DNA from: Octopus vulgaris
Lineage: Eukaryota
Length of the DNA: 64,000 bases
Reading direction: 5' to 3'
Assembly: GCA_951406725.2 (NCBI GenBank)
Contig: OX597841.1
Span: 22,258,001-22,322,000 of the forward strand
Shown: positions 49,101-61,894 of the stretch, piece by piece
Position numbering within the stretch: the stretch's first letter is position 1
Layout: each line of letters starts with the position of its first letter
The notes under the pieces: generated by a model
What the model saw: the letters and a program-made list of their open reading frames with translations, nothing else
Database searches by the model: none
What the model was told of the DNA's origin: nothing
Translations under genes and position numbers: made by a program

Positions 49101-49678
49101 TTGTGTTTGTCCCCCTAGCATTGCTTGATAACCGATGCTGGTGTGTTTATGTCCCCGTTACTTGGCGGTTCGGCAAAAGAGACCCATAGAATAAGTACTG
49201 GGCTTACAAAAGTATAAGTCCCGGGGTCGAGTTGCTCGATTAAAAAGGCGGTGCTCCAGTATGACCGCAGTCAAAATGACTGAAACAAGTAAAAGAGTAA
49301 AGAGTACACACACACACACACACACAGTGAGAACAGTCAAAATCAAAATCAAACGAAATGAAATCAGATATCAGAAAGCAGAACCAAAATCGAGGTCGAT
49401 CAACATCAGTGGAAGTTGCAGCAGTGGTTAAGCGAACCATCCGATCGTGGTCGCTGCCGGCTCCGCCTGGCCCCCGGGCCGGTGGCACGTAAAAAGCACC
49501 CACTACACTCATTGGAGACAAGATCGGGATTCGTAGTGGGTGCGAAAAACAAATGGGGAAACGATGGAGCGTGTAGAAGGTAGGCTCCATAGCTAGAAAT
49601 AGCAGCCAAATGTCGCACACATCAAAGGACATCTAAAACACCAAAGTATTGAAAGATTAAACGATTTCATTGTTTAAT

Positions 49679-49860
49679 ACTTACGGAAATGTCTTTATAA
49701 AGGATGGTGTTGTTGTTAGAAGTGCTTCAGGTGGTTGAGAAATGTATTATAAATGTGTTTGGGAGTGAATTGAGAGAAATTCTGGCACCAGACATGTGCG
49801 CAGAGATTTCAGGAATGGAGGCGGAAATACGCTTAGTGCGCATGCGTATGAAACATTCAT
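49679..49860 (-). promoter_or_regulatory. Putative promoter/first exon of gene F
   Basis: Donor 49679-49684, GCGGAA plus TGCGCATGCG 49837-49846. Confidence 0.65.
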
Positions 49861-49936
49861 TTCACATTTTGTCACAAGGCCAGCAATTTCGGTGACGGGG
49901 GGGTGGGTCCCTAAAGTCGATTACACGAACCTCAGT

Positions 49937-50327
49937 GGATGGAAGCACTCCGTCGGTTACGACGATGAGGGTTCCGGTTGATCCGAATCAACGGAACAAC
50001 CTGCTCGTGAAATTAAAGTGTAAGTGGCTGAGCACTCCACAGACACGTGTACCCTTAACGTAGTTCTCGGGGATATTCAGCGTGACACAGAGAGTGACAA
50101 GGCCGGCCCCTTGAAATACAGGTACAACAGAAACAGGAAGTAAGAGTGAGAGAAAGTTGTGGTGAAAGAGTACAGCAGGGATCACCACCATCCCCTGCCG
50201 GAGCCTCGTGGAGCTTTTAGGCGTTTTCGCTCAATAAACACTCACAACGCCCGGTCTGGGAATCGAAACCGCGATCCTATGACCGCGAGTCCGCTGCCCT
50301 AACCACTGGGCCATTGCGCCTCCACTA
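49937..50327 (-). mobile_element. Full-length tRNA-derived SINE family 3 (also ~57728-58117)
   Basis: Minus-strand head ggcgcaatggcccagtggttagggcagcggactcgcgg..ggtttcgattcc; ~12-bp TSD acgaacct(c/t)agt at 49925 and 50328. Confidence 0.8.
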
Positions 50328-50727
50328 ACGAACCTTAGTAGTCAACTGGTAATTTATTTTATTGACCCGCCAAAAAAAGGCGAAAGGCAAACCTGACCCC
50401 GAAACGATGAAAGGCACAGTCGACTTCCCCGTAGTTTCGGTATACGTAGAAAAGGTGCACCCTGCCTACTGGATCGATTCAATCTGACGTGTGATTTAGG
50501 TAGGGGGATACTTTGGCTGCTATTTTTAGCGAGTCGAGCGGCCAGGTAGAGGCTCTTTCATTGGTTTGATTGCGTGATGAGATTTTTTGACACCTATACG
50601 TACGTATATATATATATATCATCGGCAGAAGTCTGAGAGTAAGTCAAAAGATAAGAGTTTCAAGTATTGGCACTCATGAAACACGAATTTGGCCATTGTC
50701 ACTCTGTAACTTCTGCCTATCATTAAC

Positions 50728-50771
<44 letters not shown>

Positions 50772-53700
50772 TCATCATCACCATCATCGTTTAACGTCCG
50801 TTTTAAGTGCTAGCATGGGTTGGACGGTTCGACCGGGGTCTCGTAAGCCATGGAGGCTGCACCAGGCTCCAGTCTGATTTGGCAGTGTTTCTACAGCTGG
50901 ATGCCCTTCCTAACGCCAACCACTCCGTGAGTGTAGTGGGTGATTTTTACGTGCCACCGGCACAGGAGCCAGAGCAGGGTGGCAAACAGCCTCGATCGGT
51001 TGGTGCTTTTACGTGTCACCGACACAAACGCCAATCAGGCGACGCTGACAAGAATAAAATTCTAATCATTCTGGATTATGCATTAACTGGTGTAGTAGGT
51101 GTCCCTGGAGTTACCATAAGTAAACAAATGACAAGAAGATCTAGGACTGTTATTTATTACAACCCCTTATAAAAATACATGGCAAATGTCTTACAAATTG
51201 TGAAGTAACAGGTTTGGCAAGTTTTAACGAACTCTATCTGGAACAGTGGGAGTTGTATCATAGTTGAAATTCTGTAGCATCTTCATGGCTTGGTTCCGTG
51301 TGTTGGGCAGCATCTGTTGTTGTGATCTGTCCGTTGCTGTAGAGGAAGTACAAGTTTACCAGGCCAGAGAGAGAGAGATCAGGAATGAAGACAGAAACAG
51401 GAGTGCCGCCACAAAGGAGATACATGGTTACCCAGCCTGAGGGAAATGCAGGAGAAGGAGATAGAGGGTGGGAGACAACACGATGGAGATACTGGCAAAA
51501 TGATGGGCGTATTCACTAGGGAGGGGATCAGAACATAAATGGGGATGGTTGAGTAAGGGAAGAAAGAGATATAGATGGTGGCAAGGGCCAGGACATACCC
51601 TTAAGGTTCAAACGTCATAATATAAGGGACAGGATACTGTAAATGTGGCGAGCTGGCAGGAACGTTAGGCTCTGAGTTCAAATTCCGCTGAGGTCGACAT
51701 CCTTTCGGGGTCGATTAAATAAGTACCAGTTACGCGCTGGAGTCGATGTAATCGACTTAATCCCTTTGTCTGTCCTTGTTTGATTCCTCTCTGTGTTTAG
51801 CCCCTTGTGGGTGGTAAAGGAATAGGATACTGCAAAGGAAGCATGATTAGAGCGTAGGGGGTGTTGAGTTTTAACGAACTCTATCTGGAACAGTGGAAGT
51901 TGTATCACAGTTGAAATTCTGTAGCATTGGTTATGAGTTTTGCTTGCGAGTTAACTGTGGCTGGTTCATCTTGATGTACCTGTGTGTTGGTTATGCATTC
52001 ACTGGTCTAGTCTGTCTGCCTGGAGTTACCGAATACAAAAGAATGACAAGAAGAACCACGTAAATTCAATGCGATTTATTTATTACAACCCTTTATAAAA
52101 ATACATGGCAAATGTCTTACATATTGTGAAGTAACAGGTTTGGCAAGTTTTAACGAACTCTATCTGGAACGGTGGAAGTTGTATCACAGTTGAAATTCTG
52201 TAGCATCTTCCTGGTTTGGTTCTGTGTGCTGGGCAGCATCAGTTGTCCTGATCTCATCTCCATCTCTCCTTCTTTCTCTCTGCACAAAAACGGTAAGGAC
52301 CATTCCTTATATAATGACTGGTGGTCCGGAAGAGAAACTACTATCTTCCGTGCTTGCAATTTCACTTGGCTTCATGTACCTTCTCATTTGTAGTAATTTA
52401 ACACATTCGTTACTGCATTTATTTTGAGATGCTCTGTTTCTTTCAATTACTTTAAATATAACAAAGAATTTAGTAAAATAACTTAGTTACCATTGAGCTA
52501 GTGTTAGGAGCATATATTGTGACTAAGATTTGGTGGAAGATTTGAATTCAAAACTTCTGAAAACAAGACATTTGTACTCAGAACCAGAGCCGGTTTCAGC
52601 CGGGTTGGTATTGAAGGGGTTAAACACACCTCTACATTTGGGCAGATGGACATAAGAACTTGGAAGGGTGTGAACTGAAGGAAATTAGGCTGTTATTTCT
52701 AGCATATAGAATGACCACACTGAGGTCTCCATCTCTCATGTCTTCTGCTGATTAATTTTCTTCTTAACCCTTTCATTACTGTATTTATTTTGAGATGCTC
52801 TGTTTCTTTCAATTACTTTAAATATAACAAAGAATTTAGTAAAATAACTTAGTTATCATTGAGCTAGTGTTAGGAGCATATATTGTGACTAAGATTTGGT
52901 GGAAGATTTGAATTCAAAACTTCTGAAAACAAGACATTTGTACTCAGAGCCAGAGCCAGTTAGTAACGAAAGGGTTAAAGATTAATAGCCAGGAAGACAA
53001 TATGCTTCCTATAAATATAAATGTTGGGTTTCTTTCAGTTTCCCTCTAAAAAACCCACTCACAAGGGTTTGTTCAGCTTACTGTTCTAGTAGAATAGACT
53101 TGCATAAGGTGCCATGTAGTGGGACTGATCCCAGAAGCATGCAGTTGGTTCATACCTATTTCTTTACTAAGCACAAGGGGCTAAACACAGAGAGGACAAA
53201 CAAGGAAAGACAAACGAATTAAGTCGATTATATCGACCCCAGTGCGTAACTGGTACATATTTAATCGACCCCGAAAACATTAAAGCCAAACTCGACCCCA
53301 GCCGAATTTGAACTCAGAACGTTAGCGGCAGATGAATTACCGCAAAGCGTTTCGCCCGGCATGCTAATGGTTCTGCCAGCTGGCCGCCTTGCATAGGAAG
53401 CAAGGTTCATACCACACGGCCACACCTATTGGTTTTAACAGATTCTTAAAATTCATGCAGGACAAAATTTAAAATATGCAAAAAAGTTGCTTTTAATAAA
53501 AAAAAAATATCCCACAGGTGAGATACCTGAGATGTGGTGAAATAAACTCTGGAGTTAGGAGGCTGTTATCACACACAGCTCTATCTCCTCTCCTGGGTGA
53601 TTACATTTATAGTTAGAGAGTGTGTCCCTAATTCTTTATGTTTTGGCATAGAAGGAACTTCCACAATTACAACAATTCCCTGATGAATAGTTTGGTTAAT

Positions 53701-54354
53701 GCCATGGAGAAAGCCAACAAAACTACCACAATTTTAGAAGCTCAAAATGCTTATTGTTCTTATGAATTGTCACATTGATAGTCATACATCTATATGAATA
53801 GATACACATTTAGTTAACACCAGAAGTGCCGAGCGGTCATTTTTCACCAATTCTGCTAATTACTTTTTAATTCCTACAACTGTATTGAATGTGCAATCAT
53901 GAGCATCATATCAAGTATATGTGCATAGATATATATTTTTCACATGTAAATAAATGCTAAAAGAATGTATTTTCAAATCCTTTATTCAATGCATTTGCTG
54001 ATATTTAAAATAAATTGTATTAAATGTGATTTTCAATGACAGTCAAAAATGGTCCCCTATGGTCCTTGTAGGAAGTAAGAAATGTTGTTACTTGTAGGGT
54101 TAGCTCTTTAGCATTTAAAGTTGCCATATCTGGTCCAAATTTTCTATCTATCTTACAGTCAAACTAGCCAGAGTTGGCCTCTTGCACCTACCCTACAATG
54201 TCATTCTAAATACAAACAATCATATCGTAAAAACTTGAAAGCTGTGAGATAATGCATGACCAGTTGAAAATAATGTGAATAAATAAACATCACATTCGAC
54301 AGAATAACCTGCATGGTAAAGGGTTCAGTCACCACTCAGGGAGAAAAGGTTTTC

Positions 54355-56181
54355 TCATGTATGAATACGCTTGTGAGAAGTTAAGTTACTACTTTGAGAG
54401 AATGATTTGCCACAGATATCGCAGTGATATGGCTTCTCTCCTGTATGAATACGCTTGTGACTAATTAAAGAAGTACTTAGAGAAAATGATATACCACAGA
54501 TATCGCAGTGATATGGCTTCTCACCTGTATGAATACGTTTATGAGTAGTTAAAACGCTACTCTGAGGGAATGATTTGCCACAGATATCACAGTGATATGG
54601 CTTCTCTCCTGTATGAATACGCTTGTGCATTGTCAAAGAAGGATTTACAGAAAATGATAGACCACAGATATCACAGTGGTATGGCTTCTCACCTGTATGA
54701 ATACGTTTGTGATAATTTAAAGCGGTGTTGCGAGGGAATAATTTACCACATATATTACAAGAATATGGTTTCTCTCCTGTATGTGTACGTTTGTGAGTAG
54801 TGAGAGAACTACTATGAGAGAATGATTTACCACATATATTACAAGAATATGGTTTCTCTCCTGTGTGTGTACGTTTATGATAAGTTAAAGAGGAGTTGCG
54901 AGGGAATGATTTACCACATATATTACAAGAATATGGTTTCTCTCCTGTATGTGTACGTTTGTGAGAAGTAAGAGAACTACTATGAGAGAATGATTTACCA
55001 CATATATTACAAGAATATGGTTTCTCACCTGTATGAATACGCTTGTGACTACTTAAAGCAGTATGGTCGGAGAAGGATTTACCACACACATCACAGTGAT
55101 ACGGCTTCTCTCCAGTATGAATACGTTTGTGTCTAGTCAATTTATCATTTGTAGACAATGATTTACCACAAATGTCACAGCGAAATCGCTTTTCCCCTGT
55201 ATGAACAATCGTGTGTGAATTTAAAGCACTCTGTTGAGAGAATGATGTACCACAGACATCACATTGAAAGGGCTTCTCTCCTGTATGAATACGTTTGTGT
55301 ACAAGCAATTTGGAACTTTGAGAGAATGATTTACCACAGATATCACAAGAATATGGTGTTTCTCCTGTATGAATACGTTTATGAGTAATTAGGTTACTAC
55401 TGGTAGAGAAAGATTTGTTACAGACATCACAGTGAAATGGCTTCTCTCCCGTATGGATATATTTATGTTTAGCTAAGTTGTCATTTCGGGAGAATGATTT
55501 ACCACAGATATCACAAGAATATGGCTTCTCTCCTGTATGAATACGCTTGTGAATAGTCAGATTACTAATTACAGTGAAAGACTTGTTACAGGTGTTGCAG
55601 CGATATGGTTTCTCTCCTGCATGAACACGTTTGTGAGCAGTCAAAGAACTGCTGAGAGAAAATGATTTACTGCAGATATTACAAGAATATGGTGTCTCTC
55701 CTGTGTGAATACGTTTATGATCAGTTAAAGTATTACTGTGAGAGAACGATTTACCACAGATGTCACAGTGAAATGACTTCTCACCTGTATGAACACGTTG
55801 ATGTGAAATCAACTCCATTTTTTCAGAGAACGATTTACCACAAACATCACAGTGAAATGGCTTCTCTCCCGTATGGATATATTTATGTTTAGCTAAGTTG
55901 TCATTTCGGGAGAATGATTTACCACAGATATCACAGTGAAATGGTTTCTCTCCTGTATAAATACGTTTGTGTATAGTCAATTTGCTATTTGCAGAGAATG
56001 ATTTACCACAAATGTCACAGTGAAATGGCTTTTCACCTATATGAATACATTTCTGCTTATTCAAGTTACCCTTTTCAGAGAAGGACTTTTTACAGACATC
56101 ACATTCGTGTGACAATATACGTCTCTTCTTCACTTTGTCTTCTAGAAAAGTCAAATCCTTTGCTTCCTCACTATTTTCCAT
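54355..56181 (-). CDS. C2H2 zinc-finger protein G, 608 aa, 21 finger units
   Basis: Finger 1 (QKCIH) and finger 2 (HKRIY) each lack a His ligand; the rest are canonical. Confidence 0.93.
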   Translation of the reverse strand: MENSEEAKDLTFLEDKVKKRRILSHECDVCKKSFSEKGNLNKQKCIHIGEKPFHCDICGKSFSANSKLTIHKRIYTGEKPFHCDICGKSFSRNDNLAKHKYIHTGEKPFHCDVCGKSFSEKMELISHQRVHTGEKSFHCDICGKSFSHSNTLTDHKRIHTGETPYSCNICSKSFSLSSSLTAHKRVHAGEKPYRCNTCNKSFTVISNLTIHKRIHTGEKPYSCDICGKSFSRNDNLAKHKYIHTGEKPFHCDVCNKSFSTSSNLITHKRIHTGETPYSCDICGKSFSQSSKLLVHKRIHTGEKPFQCDVCGTSFSQQSALNSHTIVHTGEKRFRCDICGKSLSTNDKLTRHKRIHTGEKPYHCDVCGKSFSDHTALSSHKRIHTGEKPYSCNICGKSFSHSSSLTSHKRTHTGEKPYSCNICGKSFPRNSSLTYHKRTHTGEKPYSCNICGKSFSHSSSLTTHKRTHTGEKPYSCNICGKLFPRNTALNYHKRIHTGEKPYHCDICGLSFSVNPSLTMHKRIHTGEKPYHCDICGKSFPQSSVLTTHKRIHTGEKPYHCDICGISFSLSTSLISHKRIHTGEKPYHCDICGKSFSQSSNLTSHKRIHT

Positions 56182-57469
56182 TTTATTTCTTTGAAAATCA
56201 CAATAGATAGATTTTTTCCTTCTCTTTCCTTCTATAGTGTTTTGTTTACAAATATTTCAACTGCTATATTTCTGTCCAGTAAATTTATCCAAGTTTAATT
56301 TCCACACACACACATCTTGTAGACACTCCAGCCAGTGAAGTCCAGAAAGTTTGCTAAGAACACATTTCAAAGTGGAATTCTACGACACATTTTCAGAAAC
56401 AATCTTATACATCTGTTCTGTACAATATTTTGGTCTTTAAAAGATGATAAATAATGAGAACGTATCTTCAGTTATGCCAATGTCATCTGATATTCTGAAA
56501 TAATAAAGAAACAACAGTGTAAGATAGGGAGGCTACTTAAAAAATACAGATTCAACATTTCCATAAAGATAAACTCTAGAAATAAACATTTAACTGAACA
56601 ACAGAATTTTAAATTTATTAAAATTTACATCTTATGTGAAGCTAACATATTTGTAAACTCCAATTACACATTCACATTTAAAAATAAATACACACACAAG
56701 GCACAGGAGTGGCTGTGTAGTAAGTAGCTTGTTTACCAACCACATGGTTCCGGGTTCAGTCCCATTGCATGGCACTTTGGGCAAGTGTCTTCTACTATAT
56801 CCTCAGGCCGACCAAAGCCTTGTGAGTGGATTTGGTAGACGGAAACTGAAGGAAGCCCGTCGTATATATGTATATATGTATGTGTGTGTGTTTGTGTTTG
56901 TCCCCCTAGCATTGATTGATAACCGATGCTGGTGTGTTTATGTCCCCGTTACTTGGCGCTTCGGCAAAAGAGTCCCATAGAATAAGTACTGGGCTTACAA
57001 AAGTATAAGTCACGGGGTCGAGTTGCTCGATTAAAAAGGCGGTGCTCCAGTATGACCGCAGTCAAAATGACTGAAACAAGTAAAAGAGAAAAGAGTACAC
57101 ACACACACACACACACAGTGAGAACAGTCAAAATCAAAATCAAAGGAAATGAAATCAGATATCAGAAAGCAGAACCAAAATCGAGGTCGATCAACATCAG
57201 TGGAAGTTGCAGCAGTGGTTAAGCGAACCATCCGATCGTGGTCGCTGCCGGCTCCGCCTGGCCCCCGGGCCGGTGGCACGTAAAAAGCACCCACTACACT
57301 CATTGGAGACAAGATCGGGATTCGTAGTGGGTGGGAAAAACACATGGGGAAACGATGGAGCGTGTAGAAGGTAGGCTCCATAGCTAGAAATAGCAGCCAA
57401 ATGTCGCACACATCAAAGGACATCCGAGACACCAAAGTATTGAAAGATTAAACGATTTCATTGTTTAAT

Positions 57470-57650
57470 ACTTACGGAAATGTCTTTAAAAAGGATGGTG
57501 TTGTTGTTGGAAGTGCGTCAGGTGGTTGAGAAATGTATTATAAATGTGTTTGGGAGTGAATTGAGAGAAATTCTGGCACCAGACATGTGCGCAGAGATTT
57601 CAGGAATGGAGGCGGAAATACGCTTAGTGCGCATGCGTATGAAACATTCA
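57470..57650 (-). promoter_or_regulatory. Putative promoter/first exon of gene G
   Basis: Donor 57470-57475, TGCGCATGCG 57628-57637. Confidence 0.65.
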
Positions 57651-60600
57651 TTTCACATTTTGTCACAAGGCCAGCAATTTCGGTGAGGGGGGGGAGTGGT
57701 GCCTAAAGTCGATTACACGAACTTTAGTGGATGGAAGCACTCCGTCGGTTACGACGACGAGGGTTCCGGTTGATCCGAATCGACGGAACAGCCTGCTCGT
57801 GAAATTAACGTGTAAGTGGCTGAGTACTCCACAGACATGTGTACCCTTAACGTAGTTCTCGGGGATATTCAGCGTGACACAGAGAGTGACAAGGCCGGCC
57901 CCTTGAAATACAGGTACAACAGAAACAGGAAGTAAGAGTGAGAGAAAGTTGTGGTGAAAGAGTACAGCAGGGATCACCACCATCCCCTGCCGGAGCCTCG
58001 TGGAGCTTTTAGATTTTTTCGCTCAATAAACACTCACAACGCCCGGTCTGGGAATCGAAACCGCGATCCTATGACCGCGAGTCCGCTGCCCTAACCACTG
58101 GGCCATTGCGCCTCCACTAACGAACCTTAGTAGTCAACTGGTAATTTATTTTATTGACCCGCCAAAAAAGGCGAAAGGCAAAACTGACCCCGAAACGGTA
58201 AAAGGCACAGTCGACTTCCCCGTAGTTTCGGCATACGTAGAAAAGGTGCACCCTGCCTACTGGATCGATTCAATCTGACGTGTGATTTAGGTAGGGGGAT
58301 TCTTTGGCTGCTATTTTTAGCGTGTCGAGCGGCCAGGTAGAGGCTCTTTCATTGATTTGATTGCGTGATGAGATTTTTTGACACCTATACGTACGTATAT
58401 ATATATATCATCGGCAGAAGTTTGAGAGTGAGTCAAAAGCTAAGAGTTTCATGTATTGGGCACTCATGAAACACGAATTTGGCCATTGTCACTCTGTAAC
58501 TTCTGCCAATCATTAACGTGTGTGTTTATATATATATATATATATATTTTTATATCATCATCATCACCATCATCGTTTAACGTCCGTTTTAAGTGCTAGC
58601 ATGGGTTGGACGGTTCGACCGGGGTCTGGTAAGCCATGGAGGCTGCACCAGCCTCTAGTCTGTTTTGGCAGTGTTTCTACAGCTGGATGCCCTTCCTAAC
58701 GCCAACCACTCCGTGAGTGTAGTGGGTGATTTTTACGTGCCACCGGCACAGGAGCCACAGCAGGGTGGCAAACAGCCACGATCGGTTGGTGCTTTTACGT
58801 GTCACCGACACAGACGCCAGTCAGGCGACGCTGCCAAAAATAAAATTCTAATCATTCTGGATTATGCATTAACTGGTGTAGTCGGTGTCCCTGGAGTTAC
58901 CATGTATAAACAAATGACAAGAAGATCTAGGACTGTTATTTATTACAACCCCTTATAAAAATACATGGCAAATGTCTTACAAATTGTGAAGTAACAGGTT
59001 TGGCAAGTTTTAACGAACTCTATCTGGAACAGTGGGAGTTGTATCACAGTTGAAATTCTGTAGCATGTTCATGGTTTGGTTCCGTGTGTTGGGCAGCATC
59101 TGTTGCTGTAGAGGAAGTACAAGTTTACCAGGCCAGAGAGAGAGAGATCAGGAATGAAGACAGAAACGGGTGTGCCGCCACAAAGGAGATACATGGTTAC
59201 CCAGCCTGAGGGAAATGCAGAAGGAGATAGAGGGTGGGAGACAACACGATGGAGATACTGGCAAAATGATGGGCGTATTCAATAGGGAAGGGATCAGAAC
59301 ATAAATGGGGATGGTTGAGTAAGGGAAGAAAGAGATATAGATGGTGGCAAGGGCCAGGACATACCCTTAAGGTTCAAACGTCATAATATAAGGGACAGGA
59401 TACTGTAAATGTGGCGAGCTGGCAGGAACGTTAGGCTCTGAGTTCAAATTCCGCTGAGGTCGACATCCTTTCGGGGTCGATTAAATAAGTACCAGTTACG
59501 CACTGGAGTCGATGTAATCGACTTAATCCCTTTGTCTGTCCTTGTTTGTGTCCTCTCTGTGTTTAGCCCCTTGTGGGTAGTAAAGGAATAGGATACTGCA
59601 AAGGAAGCATGATTAGAGTGTAGGGGGTGTTGAGTTTTAACGAACTCTATCTGGAACAGTGGGAGTTGTATCACAGTTGAAATTCTGTAGCATTGGTTAT
59701 GAGTTTTGCTTGCGAGTTAACTGTGGCTGGTTCATCTTGATGTACCTGTGTGTTGGTTATGCATTCACTGGTCTAGTCTGTCTGCCTGGAGTTACCGAAT
59801 ACAAAAGAATGACAAGAAGAACCACGTAAATTCAATGCGATTTATTTATTACAACCCTTTATAAAAATACATTGCAAATGTCTTACATATTGTGAAGTAA
59901 CAGGTTTGGCAAGTTTTAACGAACTCTATCTGGAACGGTGGAAGTTGTATCACAGTTGAAATTCTGTAGCATCTTCCTGGTTTGGTTCTGTGTGCTGGGC
60001 AGCATCAGTTGTCCTGATCTCATCTCCATCTCTCCTTCTTTCTCTCTGCACAAAAACGGTAAGGACCATTCCTTATATAATGACTGGTGGTCCAGAAGAG
60101 AAACTAGTATCTTCAGTGCTTGCAATTTCACTTGGCTTCATGTACCTTCTCATTTGTAATAATTTAACACTTTCGTTACTGTATTCGTTACAGATGGACA
60201 TAAGAACTTGGAAGGGTGTGAACTGAAGGAAATTAGGCTGTTATTTCTAGCATATAGAGTGACCACACTGAGGTCTCCATCTCTCATGTCTTCTGCTGAT
60301 TAATTTTCTTCTTAACCCTTTCATTACTGTATTTATTTTGAGATGCTCTGTTTCTTTCAATTACTTTAAATATAACAAAGAATTTAGTAAAATAACTTAG
60401 TTATCATTGAGCTAGTGTTAGGAGCATATATTGTGACTAAGATTTGGCGGAAGATTTGAATTCAAAACTTCTGAAAACAAGACATTTGTACTCAGAGCCA
60501 GAGCCAGTTAGTAACGAAAGGGTTAAAGATTAATAGCCAGGAAGACAATATGCTTCCTATAAATATAAATGTTGGGTTTCTTTCAGTTTCCCTCTAAAAC

Positions 60601-61894
60601 CCACTCACAAGGGTTTGTTCAGCTTACTGTTCTAGTAGAATAGACTTGCATAAGGTGCCATGTAGTGGGACTGATCCCAGAAGCATGCAGTTGGTTCATA
60701 CCTATTTCTTTACTAAGCACAAGGGGCTAAACACAGAGAGGACAAACAAGGAAAGACAAACGAATTGTCGATTATATCGACCCCAGTGCGTAACTGGTAC
60801 ATATTTAATCGACCCCGAAAACACGAAAGCCAAACTCGACCTCAGCCGATTTTGAACTCAGAACGTTAGCGGCAGATGAATTACCGCAAAGCGTTTCGCC
60901 CGGCATGCTAACGGTTCTGCCAGCTGGCCACCTTGCATAGGAAGCAAGGTTCATACCACACGGCCACACCTATTGGTTTTAACAGATTCTTAAAATTCAT
61001 GCAGGACAAAATTTAAAATATGCAAAAAAGTTGCTTTTAATAAAAAAAATATCCCACAGGTGAGATACCTGAGATGTGGTGAAATAAACTCTGGAGTTAG
61101 GAGGCTGTTATCACACACAGCTCTATCTCCTCTCCTGGGTGATTACATTTATAGTTAGAGAGTGTGTCCCTTATTCTTTGTTTTGGCATAGAAGGAACTT
61201 CCACAATTACAACAATTCCCTGATGAATAGTTTGGTTAATGCCAAGGAGAAAGCCCACAACACTACCACAATTTTAGAAGCTCAAAATGCTTATTGTTCT
61301 TATGAATTGTCACATTGATAGTCATACATCTATATGAATAGATACACATTTAGTTAACACCAGAAGTGCCGAGCGGTCATTGACCACCAATTCTGCTAAT
61401 TACTTTTTAATTCCTACAACTGTATTGAATGTGCAAACATGAGCATCATATCAAGTATATGTGCATAGATATATATTTTTCACATGTAAATAAATGCTAA
61501 AAGAATGTATTTTCAAATCCTTTATTCAATGCATTTGCTGATATTTAAAATAAATTGTATTAAATGTGATTTTCAATGACAGTCAAAAATGGTCCCCTAT
61601 GGTCCTTGTAGGAAGTAAGAAATGTTGTTACTTGTAGGGTTAGGTCTTTAGCATTTAAAGTTGCCATATCTGGTCCAAATTTTCTATCTATCTTATGGTC
61701 AAACTAGCCAGAGTTGGCCTCTTGCACCTACCCTACAATGTCATTCTAAATACAAACAATCATATCGTAAAAACTTGAAAGCTGTGAGATAATGCATGAC
61801 CAGTTGAAAATAATGTGAATAAATAAACATCACATTCGACAGAATAACCTGCATGGTAAAGGGTTCAGTCACCACTCACAGAGAAAAGGTTTTC

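Noticed and set aside
50250-50325. tRNA-like sequence
   Set aside because: Head of a SINE with body, tail and TSD; not a stand-alone tRNA gene
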